From contig CAZTWV010000004.1 of NCBI GenBank assembly GCA_964618295.1, positions 10,953 to 74,952 of the forward strand: a DNA stretch of 64,000 nucleotides, written 5' to 3'. The translations under genes and the position numbers were made by a program. Positions 47,852 through 56,997 of the stretch are shown here, one piece after another. Every line of letters starts with the position of its first letter. Position 1 is the stretch's first letter. This stretch comes from an uncultured Anaerolineales bacterium. Lineage in GTDB: Bacteria; Chloroflexota; Anaerolineae; Anaerolineales; UBA11858. The notes beneath the pieces were generated by a model. That model was not told the origin of the DNA. It did no database searches and saw only the letters and a program-made list of their open reading frames with translations.

Positions 47852-48559
47852 TCAGGATGAAAATAACTGTAAACCCATACTGCTTAAAAACTCCCAGATA
47901 AAGGAAAGGCGTTCAACTAAGGCTGCCAGGGCTGCAAGATAAACTCCAGCATACAACGAACCAAAAGTCACTGCCAGAAAAACTTTTCCTACTTTGCTGA
48001 TAATTTCTATAAACTGTGTCCTTTTTTGAGCCTGTCCCGGGATCAACTTTGTTCCAAAATGAAAATAAATCAAAGTCGAAATTGTTCCAATCACAACCAG
48101 GAAACCATTCAGGAACTGGATCCAGGGCCGGGTTAGAAATGCGGCTGAGTCCAGATCCACGGCATTAATTGTCCCAAGGATTTGAGGGAACAGCGTGCCG
48201 GTGATTGCTCCTCCAATAGCGGTTGCAGCTCCGATTCCAACCAGGATGGCAACCGTCCAGTTGCCTGCTTTCCGGAAAGGGGTTGCTTTCAAAATCAGAA
48301 ATATGCTGGGGATGATCAATAAAATGGAAAGCAGTCTTTCTTGATTCGAACCGGTAATCAAAGGGAGGATCAGACGGGGGATAAGCACGTTATTGACGGT
48401 GATAATTGCAACATATGCAGCCGAAACGCCGATAAAAATATGAACAACTAAACGGAAGAAAGGGTTGTCTCCCAGTAAGTAGCTAAAAACCAGTACTGTC
48501 AGCAAAAAGCCAATAGAAAAACCAATGAAATCAACCATGCTGAGAGTGGATATGTTCAC
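47852..48559 (-). CDS. Hypothetical multi-pass membrane protein (235 aa)
   Basis: About 6-7 hydrophobic helices. The GTG start overlaps the upstream stop (GTGA). Confidence 0.55.
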   Translation of the reverse strand: MNISTLSMVDFIGFSIGFLLTVLVFSYLLGDNPFFRLVVHIFIGVSAAYVAIITVNNVLIPRLILPLITGSNQERLLSILLIIPSIFLILKATPFRKAGNWTVAILVGIGAATAIGGAITGTLFPQILGTINAVDLDSAAFLTRPWIQFLNGFLVVIGTISTLIYFHFGTKLIPGQAQKRTQFIEIISKVGKVFLAVTFGSLYAGVYLAALAALVERLSFIWEFLSSMGLQLFSS

Positions 48560-50607
48560 TGATCTTCTCCTGATTGCTGTCTGCGGTGCTGGGTAAACAG
48601 TGCCAAGAAACCGTTTGCCAGACCGGAGATGAAGATAGTTCCCACAGAGATGATGATCCCAACATTATAAGATAACCAGTTTTGATGACTGGGACCTGGT
48701 TTACCTTGGAGCAGCTCATATTTCATTCCACCCACAATCCCTGCCGCATAGCCATTCAAGGGTTGGGGGATTGTTTGGTAATAAGGGAGGATCAGTTGTT
48801 CTACCTGGGCACTGATAATCATACCTAATGGAGTAGAACCAAGATATGGCTCGATTTGCTCAATCCATAATTTTGCATTATCTGGATCATCAGTAATCAC
48901 CAGCACAAATTCATAATCATCTAGTCTGTTGACATTCAGGAGCGGAGGAGCTTCCCAGGCGTTGGAACCATTATATGCCAGCGAGATAATTTCTTTGGGG
49001 GAAAAAACAAAACTGAGCAGTCCAGCAGCATTGCCCGGTAAGTATCCCAGGTTTACATAGTGCTGTCCGGAACGATACTCATGACTGCTCAGCTCAGTTT
49101 GTAGAAAGTTTTCAGCCAAAGCTGGTCCTGTGGGGTGGGTTGAGATCAGTGAAATATAAGTGTCATTTTCCATTAGATGATCTACAGCAGCAGCAGCAGC
49201 GATTGTCATTTCCCCTGCTGTGGCTGGTTGATAATCAAAAGCAATCAGAACTGGATCTTCTGGTTCCAGATTGGCAATGATCTTATTCAGGGAGCTGACT
49301 CCTGCTGTGGGATCTATTGCTTGTACTGCGGGGTCTGGATTTGATTCTCCACCAAAAATTACGACTCCACCAACCGTAACCAGCAGTATTACAGCTATCA
49401 GCCAGCGAAGGACTCGTTGGGTAACTATTGGTGGGGGTTTTTGAACATGCTTAACTTTATTTTCAGACTCGATCAACGAGTTCAACATTGAAACATAATC
49501 TTGTTGAGTCTTTGTAACCGTGAGATCGAGATTTTTAGATTTAATTTGTTCAAGATCCAGGGCGGATTCTGCTTCGGCTGGTAGAATACTGGGGATTCCC
49601 GCCAGAGGACCATAATTTTCTATATAATCTTCATCTTCATCCAAACCATCAAGCCCGCTGGATTCAACAACAGGTCTCATGGCTTCAACCCAACCTGGCA
49701 GTTCAGCCTGGGTGATGTCTTCTGACGTCAATAAAGGATCAATATCATCAGAAGCATCTGTCAGCCAGCTCGGCAGATCTTCATTAAATAGTTCGTCCAA
49801 AAAGTCATCATCTTCGACTTCAAAGGGGTCGACAGCTTGCTGATCTGCTGTATCCCTGCCTTTATCATCCATGCCAGCGAGAAAATCCAGATCCTGGGAG
49901 GATTTCCGAGTATCTTTTTGTTCCTGTTCGGTTGCCCATGAAGGGAATTTTGGGGGGGGAGTTTCATCCTCAACGGGAGGAGTTGGTTTCTCTTCCATTG
50001 GAGGGAGAGGGGTTTTGTCGATTTGATCAGCTTTTTGTTTTAGGAACTCATTTAGCAGTTCATCTTCATCATCCATCTGAAGCCATTCCGGAATACTTTC
50101 TTCCTCCGGTTCGGCAGTTGGGATCCCGCCGTCATCCATTGGTTCTGGATCTCCCGTTACGGCAAGCCAATCAGGGAAGGAGCTGTCATCATCCACCTGC
50201 TCACTGCTTTGATCGAGACGTTTGATCCTTTCCAGCCAATCTGTATCCGGTTTTTTTTCTTCTTCTTCCTGCTCCGGCAATTCGGGAATTTCTGGCATGC
50301 TGTCAGAAGGCGAATCTTCAAGAAATAGCTCGTCGTCATCAGTTCGTAGTAAATCCAACCAGCCTTCCTGATCCCCGCTTTCTTCGGCTGGAATATCAGA
50401 TTCCAGGAAATCAAATTCCTGATCTGGTTCGGATGAGGAATTTCCCTTCTGGCTTTGATCAAAACTTTTCGAGATTTCAGATGAGGAGAGATCGTCCGGG
50501 ATAGAATCTTCTGCGGAGTTCTGGTGTAAGGCGGAACCACAAAAATCACAAATCTGATTTTCTTCCGGGTTGGGTCTTCCGCAGAACGGGCAGCTGATCT
50601 CAGACAT
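48556..50607 (-). CDS. Zinc-ribbon protein with long acidic repeat region, TM helix, extracytoplasmic domain and C-terminal TM helix (683 aa)
   Basis: CPFCG...CDFCG ribbon. D/E-rich region with seven xxW(L/V/A) motifs. TM helices VLRWLIAVILLVTVGGVVIFGG and VGIIISVGTIFISGLANGFLALF. Confidence 0.65.
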   Translation of the reverse strand: MSEISCPFCGRPNPEENQICDFCGSALHQNSAEDSIPDDLSSSEISKSFDQSQKGNSSSEPDQEFDFLESDIPAEESGDQEGWLDLLRTDDDELFLEDSPSDSMPEIPELPEQEEEEKKPDTDWLERIKRLDQSSEQVDDDSSFPDWLAVTGDPEPMDDGGIPTAEPEEESIPEWLQMDDEDELLNEFLKQKADQIDKTPLPPMEEKPTPPVEDETPPPKFPSWATEQEQKDTRKSSQDLDFLAGMDDKGRDTADQQAVDPFEVEDDDFLDELFNEDLPSWLTDASDDIDPLLTSEDITQAELPGWVEAMRPVVESSGLDGLDEDEDYIENYGPLAGIPSILPAEAESALDLEQIKSKNLDLTVTKTQQDYVSMLNSLIESENKVKHVQKPPPIVTQRVLRWLIAVILLVTVGGVVIFGGESNPDPAVQAIDPTAGVSSLNKIIANLEPEDPVLIAFDYQPATAGEMTIAAAAAVDHLMENDTYISLISTHPTGPALAENFLQTELSSHEYRSGQHYVNLGYLPGNAAGLLSFVFSPKEIISLAYNGSNAWEAPPLLNVNRLDDYEFVLVITDDPDNAKLWIEQIEPYLGSTPLGMIISAQVEQLILPYYQTIPQPLNGYAAGIVGGMKYELLQGKPGPSHQNWLSYNVGIIISVGTIFISGLANGFLALFTQHRRQQSGEDQ

Positions 50608-50609
50608 GG

Positions 50610-51254
50610 TTATCCCCCATAAGGACGATCAGTCCCGGTCAGTATTCTAAGCCCGGTGGCAATTGTACCTAGGGCGATGCCCAGCAGCAGTCCTCTCGCT
50701 CCACCAAGAGCTGGAATGCGGATAATCCAGTTCCGGACTCCCTGGAGAAGGGGTTTTGTAGCAGGGGGAATGGAAAATGAACCAATTAGGACAAGAATCA
50801 GGATTAAGAAAAATGTGATGGAATACAAATCCATCCTTTTCCGAAGAATTGTAGCTGCCGCATAGGTCAGGCTGACTGTGGTAACTGCCAGTAAACTGGT
50901 TTCGATTGGCAGCTGGATATAATTAAATACCCAGCCGGATATCTGGAAATTGGGCTGACCGAGCATATAGGTCTGAATCATGTCGATAATCCCGGCTGCC
51001 AGAGTTACCAGGAGAGAAATAATCAGGATCAAACTGTAACCGCTGTTTTCATTGTTAGATCCCATTTTTGTAAAGTGAACCCGCAGGAGATTTATGATTC
51101 CCACTAGAAGTGCAACTGCCGATAAAACCAAGCCCGTCCGGAGCAGTGCGAATCGGATGGTGACTGCTGAGGGGATAAAGTAGCCCAGAAGGACAACAAT
51201 CCCAACTCCAATTGCGATAGCCGTTGAAACAGGCGCTTTGATTTTGATGTTCAT
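50610..51254 (-). CDS. Hypothetical multi-pass membrane protein (214 aa)
   Basis: About six hydrophobic helices. 2-nt gap downstream and a 4-nt overlap upstream. Confidence 0.55.
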   Translation of the reverse strand: MNIKIKAPVSTAIAIGVGIVVLLGYFIPSAVTIRFALLRTGLVLSAVALLVGIINLLRVHFTKMGSNNENSGYSLILIISLLVTLAAGIIDMIQTYMLGQPNFQISGWVFNYIQLPIETSLLAVTTVSLTYAAATILRKRMDLYSITFFLILILVLIGSFSIPPATKPLLQGVRNWIIRIPALGGARGLLLGIALGTIATGLRILTGTDRPYGG

Positions 51255-52033
51255 ATGGATCCAATCAGTAAATTCTCAATAAATTGGTCAATTCCGAATA
51301 TATTCAGTAATACACCAAGTAAAATTAATCCAACAATCATCCATCGAAATATATCTTGAGCGGTTACGCTGGCATGATAAATTTTCCCCGCATCAAGATA
51401 AGCTCCTGAAACGAATAGTTCTTCTCCGATTAGGGGGTCTGAGGCTGATGCGTAAAGAACCGCTTGAGCTGGAAGCTGGGCAGCTCCGGTGATGGTTGAA
51501 GTACCCTGGCGTTCACCGGCTGTGGTCAGCCAGATTAATTCGCTTCCGAACCAGCCGGTAAAGACATTTGCGGAGACATTATCATCCCGGATTGTTGTCA
51601 GAGTACCGGCTGCATAAGAATATGGTGTCACCCCCACCAGTTCTCCATATGAGATTCGGCTTTGATCTTCAATGCTGATTGATTGGGATGTTCCAAGAAT
51701 TGTATCCTGGGCTAGAATGGAAGTCGCTGCATTTCCGGTTGTGGCAAGTGGAGGATAGTCGCAGATGGATGATTTGGCTATAATCTGCTTTAAAAGAGTC
51801 AATCCAGCCAGCGTAGCCGCAGATTCTGGGCCGGTTATTCCACCGTGTCCCAGAGATAAATGGAGCTGAGTGCCATTTTCAACAGCTGCATTGACTTTTT
51901 GATTAATTTCATCGTATCCATCGATGGATCGTAGGGGGCTCTTATCCTGATCTTCTGTGAGAAAATTAACCAGGAGTATGACCCCGAGAAAAAGAATCAC
52001 GATTAAAATCCCTGCAAATCCAGCAGCCGACAA
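51251..52033 (-). CDS. Hypothetical bitopic protein with N- and C-terminal TM helices flanking a soluble domain (260 aa)
   Basis: TTG start 5 nt after GGAGGAA. TM helices at both ends. Confidence 0.55.
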   Translation of the reverse strand: MSAAGFAGILIVILFLGVILLVNFLTEDQDKSPLRSIDGYDEINQKVNAAVENGTQLHLSLGHGGITGPESAATLAGLTLLKQIIAKSSICDYPPLATTGNAATSILAQDTILGTSQSISIEDQSRISYGELVGVTPYSYAAGTLTTIRDDNVSANVFTGWFGSELIWLTTAGERQGTSTITGAAQLPAQAVLYASASDPLIGEELFVSGAYLDAGKIYHASVTAQDIFRWMIVGLILLGVLLNIFGIDQFIENLLIGSI

Positions 52034-52057
52034 GGTGTTCCTCCCGGTGAGATTGGT

Positions 52058-52300
52058 TCAGAGCCCTGATCGCAGCGTCTCGATGAACAAAGCGGTTTCA
52101 GCAGGGTCTTCCAAAATCTGGGCCAGTTTTGATGTTTTCTGGTCCGGTATAAATGTAGACAGTACTGGCTGCCCAAGATAAACCAGCTGGGCCAGAATAA
52201 TGTTTAATGGTCCAGCCGCTTCCAGCAGGTTTGCAGCGAGTCCATGTAGGACTTGAAAGTTGGGAAAACCTGCCTCTTGGTCCTTTATTTCTTTGTTCAT
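52058..52300 (-). CDS. Small hypothetical protein (80 aa), first gene of the operon
   Basis: ATG ORF 24 nt upstream of the next gene. No recognisable motif. Confidence 0.45.
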   Translation of the reverse strand: MNKEIKDQEAGFPNFQVLHGLAANLLEAAGPLNIILAQLVYLGQPVLSTFIPDQKTSKLAQILEDPAETALFIETLRSGL

Positions 52301-52465
52301 AGATCAGATTTAGTATAGCATAATTTCGTGTTTCCAGTCAGCCCAGGACGGGGACCGGTTTGGGATAGGGAGGTGGAGATTGAATGATCTAATTCTCTCA
52401 AATCATATAGGGAGGATAAGGTATGATATATATATTGAAAACATCCACCACTGAGGAGGTTTTTT

Positions 52466-53341
52466 ATGCAGCCGGATATCCAGGATCAAATTCTTGAACT
52501 CGTTCGATTGGCTGCCACTGATTTACCAGGGGATGTGGAACAAAAACTGCGTCAATCTCGTGATCAAGAAGAAGAGGGCAGCGCAGCGCGAGGTGCTATA
52601 GACACAATTCTGAAGAATGTAGAACTCGCCCGCCAAAAATCAACCCCGATATGTCAGGACACAGGCACCCCAATTTTTTATGTTTACTATCCTGAGGGTT
52701 GGAGTACTCGCAAGCTTCGATCCCAGATTCAAGGGGCCGTTGTCTCTGCTACTGAGAGATCCTACTTAAGACCTAATTCCGTTCATGCTGTAACTGGAAA
52801 AAATACCGGTGATAATACAGGCGATGAGCATTATCCATCTATCCATTTCAAGGAAGTGGACGGCGAGACACTTACAATAGATCTAATGTTGAAGGGGGGA
52901 GGATGTGAAAATGTCAGCACGCAGTACAAGCTGCCTGATTCAAAGCTGGGAGCTGCTCGTGATTTAGAAGGAGTCCGAAAAGTTGCTCTGGATGCTGTCA
53001 ATAAGGCCCAGGGAAAAGGGTGCGCTCCAGGAACATTGGGAATTGCGGTAGGGGGTGACCGGGCAACTTCCTACAGCGCTTCCAAAGAAGCTCTCTTTCG
53101 GAAGATTGGTGACCAAAACCTGGATCCGGATCTGGCGGAACTGGAAAAGAAGATTACTGATCAAGGCAACCAGCTTGGGATTGGTCCGATGGGATTTGAA
53201 GGAAAAACCACCGTGCTGGATACAAAAATTAAAGCCCTCCACCGCCTGCCCGCAAGTTATTTTGTTTCAATTTCCTATATGTGCTGGGCATACCGCAGGC
53301 GGCGGATGACCTATCAGGATGGAAATACTGCATACAGCTGA
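52466..53341 (+). CDS. Class I (Fe-S) fumarate hydratase / tartrate dehydratase alpha-type subunit
   Basis: Conserved CQDTGTPIFYV segment. Length of 291 aa. GAGGAGG RBS. Confidence 0.8.
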   Translation: MQPDIQDQILELVRLAATDLPGDVEQKLRQSRDQEEEGSAARGAIDTILKNVELARQKSTPICQDTGTPIFYVYYPEGWSTRKLRSQIQGAVVSATERSYLRPNSVHAVTGKNTGDNTGDEHYPSIHFKEVDGETLTIDLMLKGGGCENVSTQYKLPDSKLGAARDLEGVRKVALDAVNKAQGKGCAPGTLGIAVGGDRATSYSASKEALFRKIGDQNLDPDLAELEKKITDQGNQLGIGPMGFEGKTTVLDTKIKALHRLPASYFVSISYMCWAYRRRRMTYQDGNTAYS

Positions 53342-53502
53342 CATAAAATCTATTCCTGCCGGCAGTCGAAAAATCTGAAAAAATTTCTGTCCAACTTAAT
53401 GGATTCAAACAAAACCCGGTCGTATCGAAAACAAATTGTGCGGGTTAAAAACTGTGCAATGGTATTCTGTTGATAAATAATAAATCTGATAAAGGAGCTT
53501 CC

Positions 53503-54867
53503 ATGCAGCAAGATTCAAATCATGACTTCTGGATTTCAAAACGATGGTTGTGGTATTTGTATGATATTGGAAATTCAGCCTATGCTGCTGTTGTCATCCT
53601 GGCGATATATGCCGCATATTTTAAGGGCCATGTGGTTGGGGGAGTTGAAGGGTCACGCTTGTGGGGTGTCTCTGTAGGGATTGCAATGCTGGTGGTCGCA
53701 GTTATTTCACCAGTCCTTGGGGTGATTGCTGACTATTCAGGAAGAAAAAAGCGATTTTTGCTGTATTTCACCATTCTTTCAATCAGCTGCACAGCACTGT
53801 TATTCTTTGTCGAAAAAGGCGATATCCTGCTGGGAATGGTTTTGTTCATTCTGGCGGAAATCGGCTACCGAGGGGGGCAGGTTTTTTACAACTCTCTGCT
53901 TCCAGAAGTTGCCAACCGGGATGATATTGGACGGGTATCAGGTAATGGATGGGCAATTGGGCTCCTGGGTGGGATAGTTTGTCTTTTTCTTGTGCTCGGC
54001 CTGGTAACTTTAAACGAAGGTACATTTTATGTTCGTCTGTCACTGGTGATTACCGCGGTTTACTTTAGTGTTTTTGCCGCTCCATTGCTGATCTGGTTTC
54101 GAGAGCGTGATACGGGTCAACCTTTCAAATCTGGTGAAAACCCTATTTCGATTGCCCTTCAGCGTCTGCGACACACATTCTCAACAGTCAAACACTATCG
54201 CGAGTTTGTAAAATACATAGTCGCCTTCTTGATTTACAACGACGGAATTTTGATGGCGATAAACTTTGCAGCGATCTTCGGAGCTGTGATGTTCGGGTTG
54301 GATCAGCAGCAGATCATTTTGTTCATGATCTTGATCCAGTTCACAAGTGTGATCGGGGCTTATGTTTCGGGATGGATTGCTGACGCCAGAAGCAGCAAGA
54401 CTGCCCTGGTGATATTTTTGGTGTTGATGCTGGGGGCTGTTGTTGGCTTGTTTGTGAATGAGTCGGTGACCGGTTTTTATGTGATTGGTGGTCTGGCCGG
54501 ACTGGCTCTTTCCTCGGTCCAGGCAGTCAGCAGAGCGATGGTCAGTAAACTCAGTCCTCCGGGGAGAAGTGCGGAGTTCTATGGTTTCTTTGCAGTCGCC
54601 GGGAGAACATCATCATTTATTGGACCCACAATTTATGGCATTGTCGCTGCAGAAGCTGCCCTCTATTTCGAAGCCCAGGGGGGTGAAATGTCTTTCTTGT
54701 GGTTCCGTTTCCTGGAAGGAGGGGCACCTTTTGCTGAACAGCTTGGACAGCGGGTGGCGCTGATTCCGGTAATAATTTTTCTGATAGCTGGAACAATCCT
54801 GCTGATGATGGTTAACGAGCGCAAAGCCCATCAAGCCTCTGTGGAAGATCCGTCTTCTTCACAATAA
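53503..54867 (+). CDS. MFS transporter (Atg22/UMF1-like, tentative subfamily)
   Basis: AAAGGAG RBS before ATG 53503. About 12 hydrophobic helices. The DYSGRKKRF loop is typical of the MFS 2-3 loop. Confidence 0.7.
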   Translation: MQQDSNHDFWISKRWLWYLYDIGNSAYAAVVILAIYAAYFKGHVVGGVEGSRLWGVSVGIAMLVVAVISPVLGVIADYSGRKKRFLLYFTILSISCTALLFFVEKGDILLGMVLFILAEIGYRGGQVFYNSLLPEVANRDDIGRVSGNGWAIGLLGGIVCLFLVLGLVTLNEGTFYVRLSLVITAVYFSVFAAPLLIWFRERDTGQPFKSGENPISIALQRLRHTFSTVKHYREFVKYIVAFLIYNDGILMAINFAAIFGAVMFGLDQQQIILFMILIQFTSVIGAYVSGWIADARSSKTALVIFLVLMLGAVVGLFVNESVTGFYVIGGLAGLALSSVQAVSRAMVSKLSPPGRSAEFYGFFAVAGRTSSFIGPTIYGIVAAEAALYFEAQGGEMSFLWFRFLEGGAPFAEQLGQRVALIPVIIFLIAGTILLMMVNERKAHQASVEDPSSSQ

Positions 54868-54878
54868 TGGAATCATTC

Positions 54879-56165
54879 TCAGGTGACCGCTGATCTTTCT
54901 TCGGGGTATTTGAGATAGATTTTTTCTTGAACAATTTGGCCCAGCCGTTCTAGAGCTCGGTAAATATCCTGGTAACGGGTGTAAAGCGGGGCAATACCGA
55001 GCCGGATGTTATCTGGAGAACGGAAATCAGGAATCACGGTTGGCGCATTTTCATCCGGGAGAGGCGAAATCAGGGCCTGGCAGATGCGGTAGGCTTCCGG
55101 GTGGCGAAGGGAGACATGAGAGCCCCGTTGCCCTGCATCCCGAGGAGATCCTAATTTAAATCCCAATTTTTTCAACCGTTCCTCAAAAAGGAAAATCAGA
55201 TATTCAGTCTGGGTAATGCTTTTTTCACGAAGTCGATCGATTCCGGCTTCCAGCATGATATCCAGAGCCGGTTCGAGGGCCAGCATGGACAGCATATGGG
55301 GGGTACTGACCAGAAAGCGGGAAATCCCTTCCCCGGTTTCGTAATCGAGGTTGAATTCAAAGGGATCCTTCGTTCCAAACCAACCCCAGATCGCCGGGAT
55401 AAGCTCCTCCTGGAGTTCTTTCCGGACATAAAGAAATGCTGGAGAACCCGGACCGCCATTTAGATATTTATAAGTACAACCTACAGCCAGGTCTGCCCCG
55501 CAGCTGTTCAAGTCTACCGGAACAGCTCCAACTGAATGGGATAAATCCCAGAGCATCAATGCCCCGGCTTGATGAGCTATTCGAGTTGTCTTTTCCATGT
55601 CATACATGAAAGCGCTTTTAAATGCGACGTGGGTTAATGCGAGCAGAGCTGTATCAGCGCCTACGGCTTGCTTTAAATCCGAATAATTGATCTTAATTGA
55701 ATCTGCAGATTGAATCACTTCCAGCGACCGATCATCCCCCAGCAGGTCTGCGGCACCTTGAAATACATATAAATCGGATGGAAAGTTTAACTCGTCACTG
55801 ACAATTATTTTCCGGTCGGGCTTTGAACGTAAGGCCGCAATTGTCAGCTTGAATAAATTGATGCAGGTAGTATCACAGATCAGCACTTCATCTTCTTCTG
55901 CACCTATCAGTTCCGCCAGCCTGGCGCCGAGAGCCTGGGGTTTCCTGAACCATCCCTGATTCCAGCTCCGGATTAGCTGATCACCCCACTGGTGTTTGGC
56001 AGCATGTTCCAAATGAGGAAGCGTAGTTTCTGGAAGTCTGCCAAGAGAGTTTCCATCCAGGTAAATCAGGTCGGGATCTGAAACCACAAACTTTTCCCTG
56101 AATCCTGCAATTGGATCCTGAAGGTCCATTTCTTTTGCGGAAGCTTGATCGGCTTTAAACTTCAT
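54879..56165 (-). CDS. kynU: Kynureninase
   Basis: Collinear with the kynureninase pattern as I recall it (IYLDGNSLG, LIRSWN, CTYKYLNGGPGSPAF, RGSHVS, LYTRY). Start ATG 56165 with an AAGGAA RBS. Confidence 0.85.
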   Translation of the reverse strand: MKFKADQASAKEMDLQDPIAGFREKFVVSDPDLIYLDGNSLGRLPETTLPHLEHAAKHQWGDQLIRSWNQGWFRKPQALGARLAELIGAEEDEVLICDTTCINLFKLTIAALRSKPDRKIIVSDELNFPSDLYVFQGAADLLGDDRSLEVIQSADSIKINYSDLKQAVGADTALLALTHVAFKSAFMYDMEKTTRIAHQAGALMLWDLSHSVGAVPVDLNSCGADLAVGCTYKYLNGGPGSPAFLYVRKELQEELIPAIWGWFGTKDPFEFNLDYETGEGISRFLVSTPHMLSMLALEPALDIMLEAGIDRLREKSITQTEYLIFLFEERLKKLGFKLGSPRDAGQRGSHVSLRHPEAYRICQALISPLPDENAPTVIPDFRSPDNIRLGIAPLYTRYQDIYRALERLGQIVQEKIYLKYPEERSAVT

Positions 56166-56220
56166 TTGATTTCCTTGGTTTTGATAATTAATTCCTGGAA
56201 TGAACACTTCAACAGGTAAT

Positions 56221-56934
56221 TTAATCTGAAAAGTGAGAGTAGTTTCCATCAGCCAGACGCTGGATTCCCTGAGCCAATAAATCTTCGGGTATCACCCGGT
56301 AGGTCTCACCGGCCTCCGGATCCTGGGGAGTGCGGGGAGGATTTCCATCAGCAATCCCAGATACAGCTTCCACCATTAGCTGTCCTGCGAGGGAAGCTAT
56401 TCTGGCATTCAAGGTCTGATAAGTGTCCGTGCGGGTGACCGGGAGCTCACGGGAAATTATGATGTCCCCAAGATCAATTCCGGGGGAGACAAAATGGGCA
56501 GTTGCACCCTGGGGCAGATCTTTATAGAGAGCCCAGCCAACAGAGGCCGACCCCCGCAGCCTGGGAAGCAAACCGGGGTGGGAGTTCACCGTTCCCAGAT
56601 CAGGAATTTCCAGGATATCCGGTTTGATAATTCTTGTCCCACCGAGAACGACTAAATCCGGGTTGTTCTCCTGCAGGAGAGATTTACAGTTGAGATTGTT
56701 GTGGTTGGAGACAGCATAAACAGGAATGTTATGGTTTGATGCCAGCTGCATGATCCGGGGCGGGAGGGGCTGGCCGGCAATCCTGGTTAGAAATTTTTCC
56801 CGTTCTTCATCACCGACTCCGGATACTTCCTGGATGATCAGGGAGGGGATGAATTCATGATCCAGTAAAATGCGGAGCATCTCGCGGCCGTACGGGTGAT
56901 CTTCTAACACTAGATATGCATAGTTGATTGACAT
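56221..56934 (-). CDS. Stand-alone formyltransferase-domain protein
   Basis: Formyl_trans_N pattern DLVVLGGTRIIKPDILE...NSHPGLLPRLRGSA. Confidence 0.65.
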   Translation of the reverse strand: MSINYAYLVLEDHPYGREMLRILLDHEFIPSLIIQEVSGVGDEEREKFLTRIAGQPLPPRIMQLASNHNIPVYAVSNHNNLNCKSLLQENNPDLVVLGGTRIIKPDILEIPDLGTVNSHPGLLPRLRGSASVGWALYKDLPQGATAHFVSPGIDLGDIIISRELPVTRTDTYQTLNARIASLAGQLMVEAVSGIADGNPPRTPQDPEAGETYRVIPEDLLAQGIQRLADGNYSHFSD

Positions 56935-56997
56935 CAGAACCTGCCTTAATAACCGGTAGTTGAAATCTCTACCGCCTGACTGGATTGTTTTTCAGTA

